DNA of 59,572 nucleotides from Pontimonas sp. (lineage in GTDB: Bacteria; Actinomycetota; Actinomycetes; Actinomycetales; Microbacteriaceae): the NCBI GenBank assembly GCA_044237205.1, contig JBIIFP010000001.1, forward strand, positions 1 through 59,572. Reading direction: 5' to 3'. The notes below the pieces were generated by a model. The model did not search any database. It saw nothing but the letters and a program-made list of their open reading frames with translations, and was not told the origin of the DNA. The translations under genes were made by a program, and so were the position numbers. Shown here one piece after another: positions 46,919 to 59,572 of this stretch (within the stretch, counting starts at the first letter, position 1; the number at the start of each line of letters is the position of its first letter).

Positions 46919-49452
46919 TCCGCTTCTACTTTCTCGTCCTCTGCCGGTGGTTCCGAATCGACACTACTACCCTCTTCTGAACCGTCAAGGTCACGATCTT
47001 GGTTTCTGGCAATACCAAGAACCGTATCTTCCTCGTCCATCCGGGCAAACACAACACCCATGGTGTCACGGCCCTTGGCAGGAACTTCGTTCACTCCAGA
47101 GCGGACCACCTTGCCGCTTCCTAGAACTACAAGAACCTCATCGTCTTCACCCACAATCAATGCACCCGCCAAGCCACCCCTGGTCTCGGAGAGCTTCGCA
47201 ACCTTAATGCCTAGGCCACCGCGTTGCTGGGGTCGGTACTGATCGACAGCGGTGCGCTTGGCATAACCACCCTCAGTGACCACAAACACGAATCCTTCAT
47301 CGGTCACTACCGATGCTGAGAGCAGTTGGTCCGCTCCGCGGAAGTGCATTCCGATGACGCCAGCAGTCGAGCGGCCCATCGGGCGCAAAGTGGTGTCCGT
47401 TGCGCTAAACCTCAATGACATGCCGCCCCGTGACACCAAGAGGATGTCATCGCCGTCGTTAATCAACATGGCAGAGACCAATTGGTCGTCGTCCTTCAGG
47501 TTGATGGCGATGATTCCGCCAACGCGATTTGTGTCGTATTGAGTGAGCTCGGTCTTCTTGACCATTCCCTGCTTGGTGGCGAGCACCAGGTACTGCGCCG
47601 CCTCGTAGTTAGCAATATCAAGAATCTGAGCGATGTCTTCTCCCGGCTGTAACGCCAGAAGGTTAGCCACGTGTTGACCCTTGGCGTCCCGACCAGCCTC
47701 TTGGACCTCGTAGGCCTTTGCCCGGTAAACCCGACCAGTTGTCGTGAAGAACAAGAGCCAATGGTGGGTCGTCGTGACAAAGAAGTGCTCGACCACGTCG
47801 TCAGCGCGCAGTTGCGCACCTTTGACCCCCTTGCCTCCTCGGTGTTGGCTGCGGTAATTGTCGCTCTTGGTGCGCTTGATGTAACCGCCGCGCGTGACCG
47901 TGATGACCATTTCTTCCACAGGAATCAGGTCCTCATTGGTCATTTCACCGTCGTAGGTGGCAAGAATCTCGGTGCGCCGGTCATCGCCGTAACGATCGGT
48001 GATCTCGCGAAGCTCGTCGCTCACAATCGTGCGCTGACGCTCTTCGGAGGCAAGTATTGCCTTGAATTCGGTAATCATGGCTTCAAGTTCAGCCGCCTGC
48101 TCGACAATCTTTTGGCGCTCAAGCGCAGCCAACCGGCGCAACTGGAGGTTCAGAATGGCGAGCGCCTGGTCGTCGTCGACAACCAGTAACTTCTTGAGCC
48201 CCTCTTTGGCCTCATCAACGGTGGGTGACTTGCGAATCAGCGCAATAACCTCATCGAGCGCATCCAGCGCCTTGAGGTAACCACGCAAGATGTGGGCGTC
48301 AGCCTCGGCTTTGTCGAGGCGGAACTGGGTGCGTCGAACAATGACTTCAATCTGGTGTGTGACCCAATACGTGATGAAGGCATCCAAAGTCAGTGTCCGT
48401 GGCACACCGTCGACAATGGCCAGCATGTTGGCGCCAAAGTTCTCTTGCAAAGAGGTGTGCTTATACAAGTTGTTCAACACAACTTTGGCGACAGCATCGC
48501 GCTTGAGCACAATGACCAGACGCTGTCCGGTTCGACCGGAGGTTTCATCGCGGATGTCGGCGATGCCGGTCAGCTTGCCTTCTTTGACAAGGTCCGCAAT
48601 CTTGATGGCGAGATTGTCGGGGTTAACTTGATACGGCAGTTCAGTGACCACAAGACACGTGCGTCCTTGGATTTCTTCCACCGTGACGACAGCCCGCATC
48701 GTGATTGAGCCACGGCCGGTCCGATAAGCGTCCTGGATGCCCTTGGATCCCAGAATCTGCGCTCCGGTCGGGAAATCCGGGCCCTTCACCAGCGCCAAGG
48801 CGGCATCGAAAAGCTCTTCTCGGCTGGCGGTGGGGTGAGCAAGGTGCCACTGAGCTGCCTCCGCTACCTCGCGGAGATTGTGCGGTGGAATGTTGGTGGC
48901 CATACCCACTGCGATACCGACTGATCCATTGACCAACAAGTTGGGAAAGCGACTGGGCAAAATCGCTGGCTCTTGGGTGCGGCCATCGTAGTTGTCTTGG
49001 AAATTGACGGTGTTCTCTTCAATATCGCGCACCATCTCGAGCGCGAGGTTCGCCATCTTGGTCTCGGTATACCGGGGGGCAGCCGCGCCGTCGTTTCCGG
49101 GACTACCAAAGTTGCCTTGGCCAGCCGCCAGGGGATAGCGCATGCTCCAGGGCTGAACCAACCGGACAAGAGCGTCATAAATAGCGCTGTCGCCGTGCGG
49201 GTGGAACTTCCCCATCACGTCACCCACGACACGAGAACACTTCGAGAACGACTTGTCTGGCCGATAGCCACCGTCATACATCGCATAAAGCACGCGCCGG
49301 TGCACGGGCTTAAGGCCATCGCGAACATCGGGCAGAGCGCGTCCCACGATGACGCTCATTGCGTAGTCCAGGTAGGACCGCTGCATTTCTACTTGCAGGT
49401 CTACCTGATCGACCCGATCAGTGATGCGGTCTGTGTTCTGTTCGTCAGCCAT
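46915..49452 (-). CDS. gyrA: DNA gyrase subunit A
   Basis: [17 protein letters not shown], GyrA box QHRGGKG. Confidence 0.97.
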   Translation of the reverse strand: MADEQNTDRITDRVDQVDLQVEMQRSYLDYAMSVIVGRALPDVRDGLKPVHRRVLYAMYDGGYRPDKSFSKCSRVVGDVMGKFHPHGDSAIYDALVRLVQPWSMRYPLAAGQGNFGSPGNDGAAAPRYTETKMANLALEMVRDIEENTVNFQDNYDGRTQEPAILPSRFPNLLVNGSVGIAVGMATNIPPHNLREVAEAAQWHLAHPTASREELFDAALALVKGPDFPTGAQILGSKGIQDAYRTGRGSITMRAVVTVEEIQGRTCLVVTELPYQVNPDNLAIKIADLVKEGKLTGIADIRDETSGRTGQRLVIVLKRDAVAKVVLNNLYKHTSLQENFGANMLAIVDGVPRTLTLDAFITYWVTHQIEVIVRRTQFRLDKAEADAHILRGYLKALDALDEVIALIRKSPTVDEAKEGLKKLLVVDDDQALAILNLQLRRLAALERQKIVEQAAELEAMITEFKAILASEERQRTIVSDELREITDRYGDDRRTEILATYDGEMTNEDLIPVEEMVITVTRGGYIKRTKSDNYRSQHRGGKGVKGAQLRADDVVEHFFVTTTHHWLLFFTTTGRVYRAKAYEVQEAGRDAKGQHVANLLALQPGEDIAQILDIANYEAAQYLVLATKQGMVKKTELTQYDTNRVGGIIAINLKDDDQLVSAMLINDGDDILLVSRGGMSLRFSATDTTLRPMGRSTAGVIGMHFRGADQLLSASVVTDEGFVFVVTEGGYAKRTAVDQYRPQQRGGLGIKVAKLSETRGGLAGALIVGEDDEVLVVLGSGKVVRSGVNEVPAKGRDTMGVVFARMDEEDTVLGIARNQDRDLDGSEEGSSVDSEPPAEDEKVEAE

Positions 49453-49461
49453 GTCTGGGTC

Positions 49462-51441
<1,980 letters not shown>

Positions 51442-51580
51442 TCAGTGCGGTTCGTCATCCAAAAAATCCGGTTTTTCGGCATCTCGCGAACTGCCCCAAT
51501 TCTATCGAGGGGGTCGTGTAAAACGGCTGATTTAGCCCCTGTGGGGAGAGAATTATTTCTCCACCACCAATTAGGGGTTT

Positions 51581-52057
51581 CTAGCCGTAAGTATCGCGCG
51601 GGCCGCGCCCTGGGACCGAGCGCCGGCCATGTTTCCAGGAGGGGGCACCCGGTGCTTTGATGCTCAATTCGACAATGCCGGCGTGAGGGAACTTCTGGGT
51701 GAGTGATTCCAGCAGCGTGGAACGCATCAAACGGAGTTGGGTTGCCCACGCGCTCGAGTCGCACTGGATCTCCATCACACCATCACTCGCACCCACAGGG
51801 ACCGCGTGCCCGGCCACATCGGCCCCAACAATCTCTGGCCACTGCTCCATCAGTTCAGCCCTGGCAATATCAGCGCCCCACCCCATAGAAGAGGTTAGGC
51901 TCGCCATTGCATCAGCAAAGGAGCCAGGATCGCGCCCCACCCCATAGGCCTGACTGCCCTCTGGGTTGGAATCCTTGGTGGGGCGTGGCGCGTAACCGCC
52001 AAATTGTTGGCGGAACCGCTGATAGACGTTGCTGGCTTCTGACATGTTGAGGGTCAT
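51581..52057 (-). CDS. dciA: DUF721/DciA helicase-loading protein
   Basis: W.EIVG..VA.H, CDSSAWATQLR, GRGPRDTYG; follows recF. Confidence 0.88.
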   Translation of the reverse strand: MTLNMSEASNVYQRFRQQFGGYAPRPTKDSNPEGSQAYGVGRDPGSFADAMASLTSSMGWGADIARAELMEQWPEIVGADVAGHAVPVGASDGVMEIQCDSSAWATQLRLMRSTLLESLTQKFPHAGIVELSIKAPGAPSWKHGRRSVPGRGPRDTYG

Positions 52058-53175
52058 CGTGGACTAACCACGCCCCCTTTCACATCAATGAGTGTGCCCC
52101 CCAGATCGCTCGGTAGATCCTCTTCAACGGCGGCAGTCACAATTATTTGAGAGTAGTCGCCCACAAGACCAACCAGCCGTTCCCGCCGGGACTTATCCAG
52201 CTCCGAAAAGACATCGTCGAGCACAATGATTGGGTCACCACTGGCTCGTTCGGCACGCAACCATTGGGCTATTCCAAGCCGCAGGCTCAGAGCTAGGGAC
52301 CATGTCTCACCCTGACTAGCGTGAGTTCGCCCGAGCTTTCCCGAAATCATGAATTCAACATCGTCGCGGTGGGGGCCGACCAGGCTAATGCCGCGTTCGA
52401 TTTCTTCCCTGGCTTTGGTAGCTATGCCCTCAGTGAGCAAAGACGTCACAACATCCGGGTCGACAAGGTCCATGTCCTCAGATGGTGGAGTAACGCTGGG
52501 GACGTAACGGAAATCAAGTACGTCATTGCCCGCCAATAACGCGTAGTTTTCTGTAGCAAGTGGCATTACCTCGCGGAGGTAGCGTTGCCGGCCCACAACA
52601 ATCTGCGACGCTAGCTCTATGAACTTGTCGTTCCACACCGACAAGGTTGAGGTGTCATGAGAGGAGGCAAGCTTCAGTGACTTCAATAGAGAATTTCGTT
52701 GCTTGACCACACGCTCAAAATCTTGATAAACGGCAGACATTGATGGGCTCGCACTAATCACTAGCTGGTCCATGAACGCGCGACGATCACCTGGCTCACC
52801 CCGAACGATGGCGGTGTCTTCAGGAGCGAACATCACTACAGATACCCAGTGTGGAATATCCGAGGCCTTTGCTTTGACGCCGTTAACTTGGGCGTCTGTT
52901 GAACCTTTGCGTTTGAGCGTTAACCCAACACCCACTGAACGTTGATCATGTCGAAGATCTGCGTAAATTGTTGCGGACGATTCGCCATCGCTAATCAAGG
53001 GCTGAGTACTGGAGACACGATGTGACCCGAGCGTTGCGAGATACAACAACGCTTCGACAATGTTGGTTTTTCCCTGACCATTGGGTCCAACGAGAATTGT
53101 GGTCCCGAGCGAGAGATTCAAGGACGAATGTGAATGGTTACGCCAACCCGTTATCTCCAGTTTTTCGACCCACAC
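52054..53175 (-). CDS. recF: DNA replication/repair protein RecF
   Basis: GPNGQGKTN, GPHRDD, ASQGE, LDDVFSELD. Confidence 0.95.
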   Translation of the reverse strand: MWVEKLEITGWRNHSHSSLNLSLGTTILVGPNGQGKTNIVEALLYLATLGSHRVSSTQPLISDGESSATIYADLRHDQRSVGVGLTLKRKGSTDAQVNGVKAKASDIPHWVSVVMFAPEDTAIVRGEPGDRRAFMDQLVISASPSMSAVYQDFERVVKQRNSLLKSLKLASSHDTSTLSVWNDKFIELASQIVVGRQRYLREVMPLATENYALLAGNDVLDFRYVPSVTPPSEDMDLVDPDVVTSLLTEGIATKAREEIERGISLVGPHRDDVEFMISGKLGRTHASQGETWSLALSLRLGIAQWLRAERASGDPIIVLDDVFSELDKSRRERLVGLVGDYSQIIVTAAVEEDLPSDLGGTLIDVKGGVVSPR

Positions 53176-53187
53176 GGCATTACGCCG

Positions 53188-54333
53188 TTATCGCATAAGC
53201 AAGTTGGGCTGCAGTAGATACCTGTAGTTCTGAGAATCATCCCCGTCATGGGACTTCTGCGCGGTAATCAAAACAGGGCCTGGCTTGTTGGGATTATCGG
53301 TCTGGGTAAAGGAGATTCTTACAAACTCACTGTGCGCAGCAGCAAGTCCATCGATCAGAAACTGTGGTTTCAGGGACACCACACAATCAGCGCCAACGAT
53401 GTGGCCGTCGATGGTTTCTGAAGCCTGAGCCTGTTCAGACCCCAATGCCTCTAGAGCAACGCCATCGCTTGTGAAGGAGTAGCGCAAGGGAGCTTCGCGT
53501 TCCAAGACCAACGCGACACGGCGTGTTGCTTCGACTAAATCCTGCGTGCTCACCACAGCGTAATTTGGGCTTGATTCTGGGAACAGTTTTTGAACAGGGG
53601 GGAAGGTTCCCTTAATCAGCAGACTGGTGACAGTCCGATCGGCCGAACTGAAGGCTACGAGTTCACGATCGCCGCCTGTCGCAATAGTGATGGTGATCTC
53701 CGGAGCCTGACCGAAGGTTTTACCAATCTCGGCAAGCGTGCGCGCCGGGATGAGAGCCTGGAGACCCTCAGCTCCAATACCTTCGCCCGACCATGCCAGT
53801 TCTTTTGCCGCAACGCGGTAACGATCTGTTGCCATCATCGCAAGCCCGGTTGCCGAGACATCGAGCAGCACACCGGTAATAACTGGCGTTACATCATCAC
53901 GTGAGGCAGCTGTTGCTACTTGACTCACAGCGTTAGCGAAGTCTTGCCCTGGAATCGACCCGGTCACACCGGCAACTTCAGGAAGGTTGGGATACTCCTC
54001 CACCGGCATAGTGGCCAAGGAGAATTTGGCAGAAGCGGAAGTAACACTCATCGCCGTGCCGCTGACGTCGCATACGACGGTGTCTCCCGGTAGCCGCTGT
54101 GCGATTTCCGCGAGCAACCGGCCAGATACAAGGACTGTTCCAGGATCGGAAACATCTGCATCAACGCGAGTCTTCGCAGATACCTCATAGTCAAAAGACG
54201 AGATGGTAATGCCCGAGGATTCAGCAACAATAAGCACACCACTGAGAATCGGAAGAGTTGTTCTCTGCGGGAGAAGTTTTACAGCGAATGACACAGCTTC
54301 ACTGAATACGTCTTTGTTGACTTCAAATTTCAC
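53188..54333 (-). CDS. dnaN: DNA polymerase III beta clamp
   Basis: LPILSGV, ATDRYRV, YRYLLQP; start at GTG 54333. Confidence 0.95.
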   Translation of the reverse strand: MKFEVNKDVFSEAVSFAVKLLPQRTTLPILSGVLIVAESSGITISSFDYEVSAKTRVDADVSDPGTVLVSGRLLAEIAQRLPGDTVVCDVSGTAMSVTSASAKFSLATMPVEEYPNLPEVAGVTGSIPGQDFANAVSQVATAASRDDVTPVITGVLLDVSATGLAMMATDRYRVAAKELAWSGEGIGAEGLQALIPARTLAEIGKTFGQAPEITITIATGGDRELVAFSSADRTVTSLLIKGTFPPVQKLFPESSPNYAVVSTQDLVEATRRVALVLEREAPLRYSFTSDGVALEALGSEQAQASETIDGHIVGADCVVSLKPQFLIDGLAAAHSEFVRISFTQTDNPNKPGPVLITAQKSHDGDDSQNYRYLLQPNLLMR

Positions 54334-54682
54334 GGCTACTACCTCACGGTCCGAAAGATTAGTACTTGATTGTGGCACAGTCTCGGCCCCATCGGTTTTC
54401 CGTAAAAGTTATTGGTTTTTCTCATTCATTAACTCTTTAACACTGATAACCCTTGGGGAGAAGTGCATAACTGCTCTGGTGGACCGTAATTCCATGGAAA
54501 CTACATTCGTGTGAGATGTGGAGAGCCATTGGGGACTTTGTGGAATGCGCTGGCTGCTCAGTCATCACAGCGTTAAATGTTTCCTCATTGTGGATAACTT
54601 CCGGGTGTCGTCAACAAGGAATGAAACTTTCTCCACACGTTATCCACAGTGTGTGAAACCCTCTACCTTAACTTTATCGGGA
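54334..54682. other. oriC: chromosomal replication origin oriC
   Basis: dnaA-dnaN intergenic region with DnaA boxes TTATCCACA 54640-54648, TGTGGATAA 54589-54597, TTCTCCACA 54629-54637, TGTGGAGAG 54517-54525; AT-rich tract ~54403-54450. Confidence 0.9.
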
Positions 54683-56086
54683 TTAATAGCTCGAGTTCTG
54701 CTTGATGCGACTCGTGATCTCCGTCACTTGGTTATAGATAGAGCGACGTTCTTTCATGAGCTCGCTGATTTTCTTGTTGGCGTACATGACTGTTGTGTGA
54801 TCTCTGTTGCCAAAGAGTTGGCCCAGTTTCGGTAGAGACAGGCTTGTCATTTCGCGGCAGAGATACATGGCGACCTGCCGCGCCAGGGCAATGGTCTGTG
54901 AGCGTGATGAGCCATAAAGATCCTCGACACTCAACTGGTAGAACGTGGCTGTCAAGCTAATGATGTCTCCAGGTGCGACAACGTTGGTCTCTTCACTGAG
55001 AACCAAGTCCTTCAGCACGGTCTGAGCCAGTGACATGTCTATGGCCGTCTTGTTCAGATTTGCGAACGCGGTCACTCGAATGAGAGCGCCTTCCAGTTCT
55101 CGAATATTGGAGGACACTTTCGATGCCATGTATTCAACGACGTCATCATTGATGTCGATTCTCTCGCTGGCAGCCTTTTTGCGAAGGATGGCGATACGGG
55201 TTTCGAGATCCGGCGCCTGAACGTCGGTGATCAAACCCCACTCGAACCGACTGCGCATGCGGTCTTCAAACCCTGTGAGTTGTTTAGGGGGAAGGTCGCT
55301 GGTGACCACTACTTGCTTGTTGTGATCGTGCAACGTATTGAAGGTGTGGAAGAAAGCCTCTTGAGTTGAGTCTTTTCCCTGAAGGAACTGGATGTCATCG
55401 ATCAACAAAATGTCTATTTCGCGATAACGCGACTGAAACTCTGGCCCGCGGTTGTTGGCAATTGCATTAATGAAGTCATTGGTGAACTCTTCAGAGCTCA
55501 CATAGCGAACGCGAATCCCTTTGAACAGGTTCTGAGCGTAATGGCCAATAGCGTGCAGCAAGTGGGTTTTTCCCAGACCAGATCCGCCATAAATGAAGAG
55601 AGGGTTGTAGGCCTTTGCCGGAGCCTCTGCTACGGCAACAGCTGCTGCGTGCGAGAAACGGTTGGATGACCCAATAACGAAATTATCGAAGCTGTACTTG
55701 TTGTTAAGGCGCGATTGGTTTTGCCCGGTGAGGACAGGTGGCTCGTCGGGGCGCTCGGGAACGACTTCTGCGTTTCCCAGTTCATCCGCTGGAATTTGCA
55801 AAACGTCACTCTCAATGTCGGGGTTAACGACGATGGCGAAGCTGTTGATTTCAGAATCTTCTCTGCCCTCAAGCGCAGAAAGAAGGGGGAGCCGAACACG
55901 CTGCTCGAGCATGCCGCGCGTGAGCTCGTTGGGAACCTCCAAGTAGAGAACTCCTGCCATGACGCCTCGTGGTTCGACGAGATCAAGGAAGCCCCACAGC
56001 TGAGGAGTAATTCGTGAGTCGGTCGTGAGGTGGCTCATCACTCCGCGCCAGAGTTCGACAATGTCGGTCTCTGTTTCAGCCATCAC
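54683..56086 (-). CDS. dnaA: chromosomal replication initiator DnaA
   Basis: YNPLFIYGGSGLGKTH, LIDDIQF, RELEGAL, RDHTTV. Confidence 0.97.
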   Translation of the reverse strand: MMAETETDIVELWRGVMSHLTTDSRITPQLWGFLDLVEPRGVMAGVLYLEVPNELTRGMLEQRVRLPLLSALEGREDSEINSFAIVVNPDIESDVLQIPADELGNAEVVPERPDEPPVLTGQNQSRLNNKYSFDNFVIGSSNRFSHAAAVAVAEAPAKAYNPLFIYGGSGLGKTHLLHAIGHYAQNLFKGIRVRYVSSEEFTNDFINAIANNRGPEFQSRYREIDILLIDDIQFLQGKDSTQEAFFHTFNTLHDHNKQVVVTSDLPPKQLTGFEDRMRSRFEWGLITDVQAPDLETRIAILRKKAASERIDINDDVVEYMASKVSSNIRELEGALIRVTAFANLNKTAIDMSLAQTVLKDLVLSEETNVVAPGDIISLTATFYQLSVEDLYGSSRSQTIALARQVAMYLCREMTSLSLPKLGQLFGNRDHTTVMYANKKISELMKERRSIYNQVTEITSRIKQNSSY

Positions 56087-56169
56087 TAAACCTCATGTTT
56101 CTCTTTCGTGGGCACTCTGACCCATACGCTAGAGGGCGGTTTCGGGTCGATGCTATTCATGAGCGTACC

Positions 56170-56178
56170 TGTGGATAA
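56170..56178. promoter_or_regulatory. DnaA box upstream of dnaA
   Basis: Perfect TGTGGATAA in the dnaA-rpmH intergenic region. Confidence 0.75.
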
Positions 56179-56292
56179 CTTCAATTGCGAAATGTAAGTT
56201 TGACCAGCCGGACTTTCAGCCTTATCCTTGGGTGTCCCCATCGGGGCAAGGTTTTCCGGTATCAGCCGGGTTCGCACCAAGGAGTATTTTTC

Positions 56293-56430
56293 ATGAGCAA
56301 GCGCACGTTCCAACCCAATAACCGTCGCCGCGCGAAGGTGCACGGTTTCCGCTTGCGTATGCGCACCCGTGCTGGTCGCGCCATTCTTGCCGCACGCCGC
56401 CGTAAGGGCCGCGTCCGTCTTTCTGCCTAA
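56293..56430 (+). CDS. rpmH: 50S ribosomal protein L34
   Basis: [29 protein letters not shown]; AAGGAG RBS. Confidence 0.97.
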   Translation: MSKRTFQPNNRRRAKVHGFRLRMRTRAGRAILAARRRKGRVRLSA

Positions 56431-56441
56431 GGGAGCTCCCC

Positions 56442-56768
56442 GTGTTAGCACGGGTTCATCGCATCGTTGATGGCGATCAGCTGCGCCAGGTTTCTAGGCG
56501 TGGTTCTCGTGTCGCTTCGGAGTATTTCGTGGCCTCTCGGCTAGCGACCCACTGGGAAGCGCCCGGGCGGTTTGGTTTTGTGGTGTCAAAGCAGGTCGGA
56601 GGAGCGGTGATCCGGAACCGAGTTAAGCGCCGGTTGCGTGAAATGGCACAGGGCGAAATTACCAGAGGTTTCTCGGGTGAGGATGTCGTTGTTCGTGCTC
56701 TGCCCGCGGCAAGCGGAGCGTCATACGAGGAACTCGCTCGGGCGTGGGGACGAGTCTTTCCGCAATGA
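56442..56768 (+). CDS. rnpA: ribonuclease P protein component
   Basis: GFVVSKQVGGAVIRNRVKRRLR. Confidence 0.95.
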   Translation: MLARVHRIVDGDQLRQVSRRGSRVASEYFVASRLATHWEAPGRFGFVVSKQVGGAVIRNRVKRRLREMAQGEITRGFSGEDVVVRALPAASGASYEELARAWGRVFPQ

Positions 56769-57067
56769 GGACGTTACTTCTCAGCCTGCTCTTGGTTCCT
56801 CGCAACATCGCGCTCGCGATACTGCTGGCGTATCGCACAGTAATTTCGCCACTCTACGGAGAGGTTTGTCGCTACTACCCCAGCTGCTCTCTCTATACGT
56901 TGCGGGCTATCCAGTATCATGGTGCGCTCTGGGGCATAGGCTTAGGCATTATTCGGATTCTTCGGTGTAACCCCTTTGCACGCGGTGGCATCGATGATCC
57001 ACCTGAGCGCTTGAGATCAAGCTATGCAGTAACACCCCTGGGTTTTGTGAAGGTAAAGGAGAAGTAG
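56765..57067 (+). CDS. yidD: membrane protein insertion efficiency factor
   Basis: ISPLYG.VCRYYPSCS.Y, RILRCNPF..GG.D. Confidence 0.93.
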   Translation: MRTLLLSLLLVPRNIALAILLAYRTVISPLYGEVCRYYPSCSLYTLRAIQYHGALWGIGLGIIRILRCNPFARGGIDDPPERLRSSYAVTPLGFVKVKEK

Positions 57068-57070
57068 CAC

Positions 57071-58063
57071 GTGGGAGTAATTGACACAATCCTTTGGCCT
57101 ATTCGGTGGGTCATTGAAGCGGTGCTGGCCGGCTCACACTCTCTACTTCAGGGCTTCGGAATGGACCCCGCCGCCGGAGCGACGTGGTTTCTTTCTATTG
57201 CTGCATTAGTGCTCGTGGTGCGCGCGGCACTGATTCCCGTGTTTGTTCGCCAGATCAAAAGCCAGCGTCGGATGATGGAAATAGCGCCCGACCTCAAGAA
57301 GATTCAGGAAAAGTACAAGGGCAAGAAGGACCAGTTCTCTCGCGAGGCAATGTCTCGCGAAACGATGGCGCTCTACAGTAAGGCGGGCACGAACCCCTTC
57401 TCGTCCTGCCTTCCTTTGTTGCTCCAGATGCCGATCTTCTTTGGCCTTTTCAGCGTTCTCCAGAACGCGGCCCAGGGCCTCGCAGGCGTTTCGTTCATGA
57501 CAGAAGAGCTTGCTGAAGAGTTCGGGCAAGCAGCTCTCTTTGGCCTCGCCCCCTTGCAGACGACGATGGCCTTTGCGTTGAGTGGTGAGTCAACTTTGAC
57601 CCAAGAGGCAACGATTGCCGTCGTTGTTACCGCCGCCGTGATGGTGGTCATGATGTCGGCGACGCAGTTCATCACCCAGCTGCAGATTATGTCGAAGAAT
57701 CAGTCACCGGCAATGAGAGAAAGCCCGATGTATCGCCAGCAGCGCATCCTGCTGTACATGCTGCCTCTCGTCTTTCTCTTCTCTGGCGTGTACTTCTCCC
57801 TGGGTGTTATGACCTATTGGCTTGTCTCGAACTTCTGGACGATGGCACAGCAGTTCATCGTTATTCGCAACATGCCAACTCCCGGTAGCGAAGCGGACAT
57901 TGCTCGCGAAGCGCGCCTGGCAAAGCAGCGCGAGCGTAAAGGCATTGTGATTGTTGAAGACGAAGCTCCCCAGGAGACTGAGGAAGAGCGACGCCAGCGG
58001 GAGCAGCCGCTCGGTAAAGAGCGAGCCAAGAAGAAGAACAAGAAGAAAAAGAAGGGCCCCTAA
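57071..58063 (+). CDS. yidC: membrane protein insertase YidC
   Basis: VRAALIP, NPFSSCLPLLLQMPIF, YWLVSN. Confidence 0.95.
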   Translation: MGVIDTILWPIRWVIEAVLAGSHSLLQGFGMDPAAGATWFLSIAALVLVVRAALIPVFVRQIKSQRRMMEIAPDLKKIQEKYKGKKDQFSREAMSRETMALYSKAGTNPFSSCLPLLLQMPIFFGLFSVLQNAAQGLAGVSFMTEELAEEFGQAALFGLAPLQTTMAFALSGESTLTQEATIAVVVTAAVMVVMMSATQFITQLQIMSKNQSPAMRESPMYRQQRILLYMLPLVFLFSGVYFSLGVMTYWLVSNFWTMAQQFIVIRNMPTPGSEADIAREARLAKQRERKGIVIVEDEAPQETEEERRQREQPLGKERAKKKNKKKKKGP

Positions 58064-58542
58064 TGGCTAAGACCGAGACCGACATGGTCGTCCCCGACGA
58101 GGGTGAGCTCGCAGCAGATTACCTCGAAGCTTTGCTCGATATTGCTGATTTAGATGGCGACATTGAGATTGAACTCCGCCAGGAGCGCACCTACGTGACG
58201 GTCGGCTCTCCCGAGACTGACGACCTCGACGTGCTGTCATCTCCGGATGTTGTGCTGGCCCTGCAGGACCTGACGAGGCTTGCTGTTCAGCAGAAAACGG
58301 GAGAGTTCGCCCGTCTCGTGTTGGATGTGGGTGGCTCCCGCGACGCCAGGGCCGAAGAGCTCGGCAAGCTGGTCCGCGTCGCCATTGAGAAAATCGAAGG
58401 TGGGGCACAGTCTGCTGCTTTGCCTCCGATGAGCAGTTATGAGCGCAAGCTCGTGCACGACATGGTGAGCGAACAAGGGTTCCACTCTGCGTCTGAGGGC
58501 GAGGGCCGAGATCGGCACACCGTCATCACCGCAGCCTCCTAG
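58063..58542 (+). CDS. jag: Jag/KhpB R3H-domain RNA-binding protein
   Basis: PPMSSYERKLVHD, SEGEG.DR. Confidence 0.9.
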   Translation: MAKTETDMVVPDEGELAADYLEALLDIADLDGDIEIELRQERTYVTVGSPETDDLDVLSSPDVVLALQDLTRLAVQQKTGEFARLVLDVGGSRDARAEELGKLVRVAIEKIEGGAQSAALPPMSSYERKLVHDMVSEQGFHSASEGEGRDRHTVITAAS

Positions 58543-58547
58543 GGGGA

Positions 58548-59192
58548 ATGTTTCACGTGAAACATTCCGCTGTTGAACCAGAACCGGAGAGCGCTGCAGC
58601 GCTGTGTGGGGAATCACTGCCTGCTCTGCGGAGCTTTGCCCAAGACGTTGCTGCGTATGGTGAGGAACTGGGGCTTGTAGGGCCGAGGGAACTTGATCGC
58701 TTGTGGACCAGACACATTCTGAACTCCGCTTTGCTGGCACGGTTGGTCGGTACTGGCACACTGGCGGACATCGGATCGGGGGCTGGTTTCCCTGGTCTTG
58801 TGGTTGCCATCATGAGGCCAGATGTAGCTTGCACGCTGATTGAACCCCTCGGACGAAGGGCAACCTGGCTCGAGGACGAGAGTAGGCGCTTGGGTTTACA
58901 CAACGTCACCGTCCTCAATCAGCGCGCTGAGGATGTTGTTGGACAGGCACGCTACGATTTCGTGACCGCCCGGGCGGTGAGCGCTTTGAAAACCCTAATT
59001 CCGCTCGTTGTCCCTCTCGTCCGCCCAGGCGGAGAGCTCGTTCTGATGAAGGGTGAGCGGGTTGATCAGGAAATTCGAGATGCGGCTTCGGCGCTGGTGA
59101 AGCACGGGGTACTAGATCCCAGGGTTCACATTACGGGCCCTGAGTACGGAACTGAGGAGACGCGCGTCTTTCGAGCTACAGTGGCAGACTAG
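58548..59192 (+). CDS. rsmG: 16S rRNA (guanine527-N7)-methyltransferase
   Basis: RLWTRHILNS, DIGSGAGFPG, TARAV. Confidence 0.95.
   Translation: MFHVKHSAVEPEPESAAALCGESLPALRSFAQDVAAYGEELGLVGPRELDRLWTRHILNSALLARLVGTGTLADIGSGAGFPGLVVAIMRPDVACTLIEPLGRRATWLEDESRRLGLHNVTVLNQRAEDVVGQARYDFVTARAVSALKTLIPLVVPLVRPGGELVLMKGERVDQEIRDAASALVKHGVLDPRVHITGPEYGTEETRVFRATVAD
58549..58564. other. parS: parS site
   Basis: Perfect palindrome TGTTTCACGTGAAACA. Confidence 0.93.
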
Positions 59193-59198
59193 GCGTGA

Positions 59199-59214
59199 TG
59201 TTTCACGTGAAACA
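59199..59214. other. parS: parS site
   Basis: Perfect palindrome TGTTTCACGTGAAACA between rsmG and parA. Confidence 0.93.
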
Positions 59215-59234
59215 TTGAGTAAGGGGTGGAATCG

Positions 59235-59572
59235 GTGAGCGCTCAGAGTTTTGACGCATCCACGCCGTTGGCGACTGAACTGGCGCACCTGACGGAACGC
59301 CGTGTGGCAATTGCGGGAGCCAATGTTCCCCAGCCCGCATCAACCCGAATCTTTACCGTGGCCAACCAAAAAGGTGGTGTAGGGAAGACGACGACGGCGG
59401 TCAATATCGCGGCAGCACTGGCGAGTTTTGGAGCCAAAGTCTTGGTGATTGACCTGGACCCTCAGGGAAACGCATCCACCGCCCTCGGGATTGACAAGCA
59501 CGGCGATATCGACAGCATTTATGACGTTGTGGTGCGCGGGACACAGCTCGGCCAGGCAATCCAGGTAAGCCC
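59235..59572 (+). CDS. parA: chromosome partitioning ATPase ParA (partial)
   Basis: Manual translation: [23 protein letters not shown]; runs off the window end. Confidence 0.93.
   Translation, partial: MSAQSFDASTPLATELAHLTERRVAIAGANVPQPASTRIFTVANQKGGVGKTTTAVNIAAALASFGAKVLVIDLDPQGNASTALGIDKHGDIDSIYDVVVRGTQLGQAIQVS

Noticed and set aside
51540-51566. Degenerate DnaA boxes upstream of gyrB (TGGGGAGAG, TTCTCCACC)
   Set aside because: Two or more mismatches each; not distinguishable from chance by eye.

Overview
Replication-origin region of a high-GC (~60%) actinobacterial chromosome, most likely a compact Microbacteriaceae genome (inferred from gene order and protein sequences). Left to right: pheA (partial), MalY/PatB, heme-type ABC permease and ATPase, lipoate ligase, and an Fe3+ ABC operon headed by an IdeR/DtxR box. 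Next come an amidinotransferase-rocD-lrp-putA arginine/proline catabolic cluster, pfkA, pepO, nucS and tRNA-Leu. These are followed by the conserved fhaA-fhaB-pstP-rodA-pbpA-pknA-pknB operon, trpG/pabA-sortase E-crgA-rhomboid-ppiA, and a ~7 kb accessory stretch ending at tRNA-Ala/tRNA-Ile. The window ends with DUF3566-gyrA-gyrB-dciA-recF-dnaN-oriC-dnaA and rpmH-rnpA-yidD-yidC-jag-rsmG-parA, with two parS sites. The most unusual signal is directly downstream of tRNA-Ala: two tandem integrase-free single-gene modules (957 bp with an Asp/Glu racemase, 490 bp with a stand-alone TipAS). Each ends in a copy of the tRNA-Ala 3' end plus a conserved, identically spaced ATTACAAC direct-repeat motif. The racemase is further bracketed by a second, tRNA-Ser-like direct repeat. 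This looks like a tRNA-anchored array of minimal gene cassettes, but mobility is an inference.
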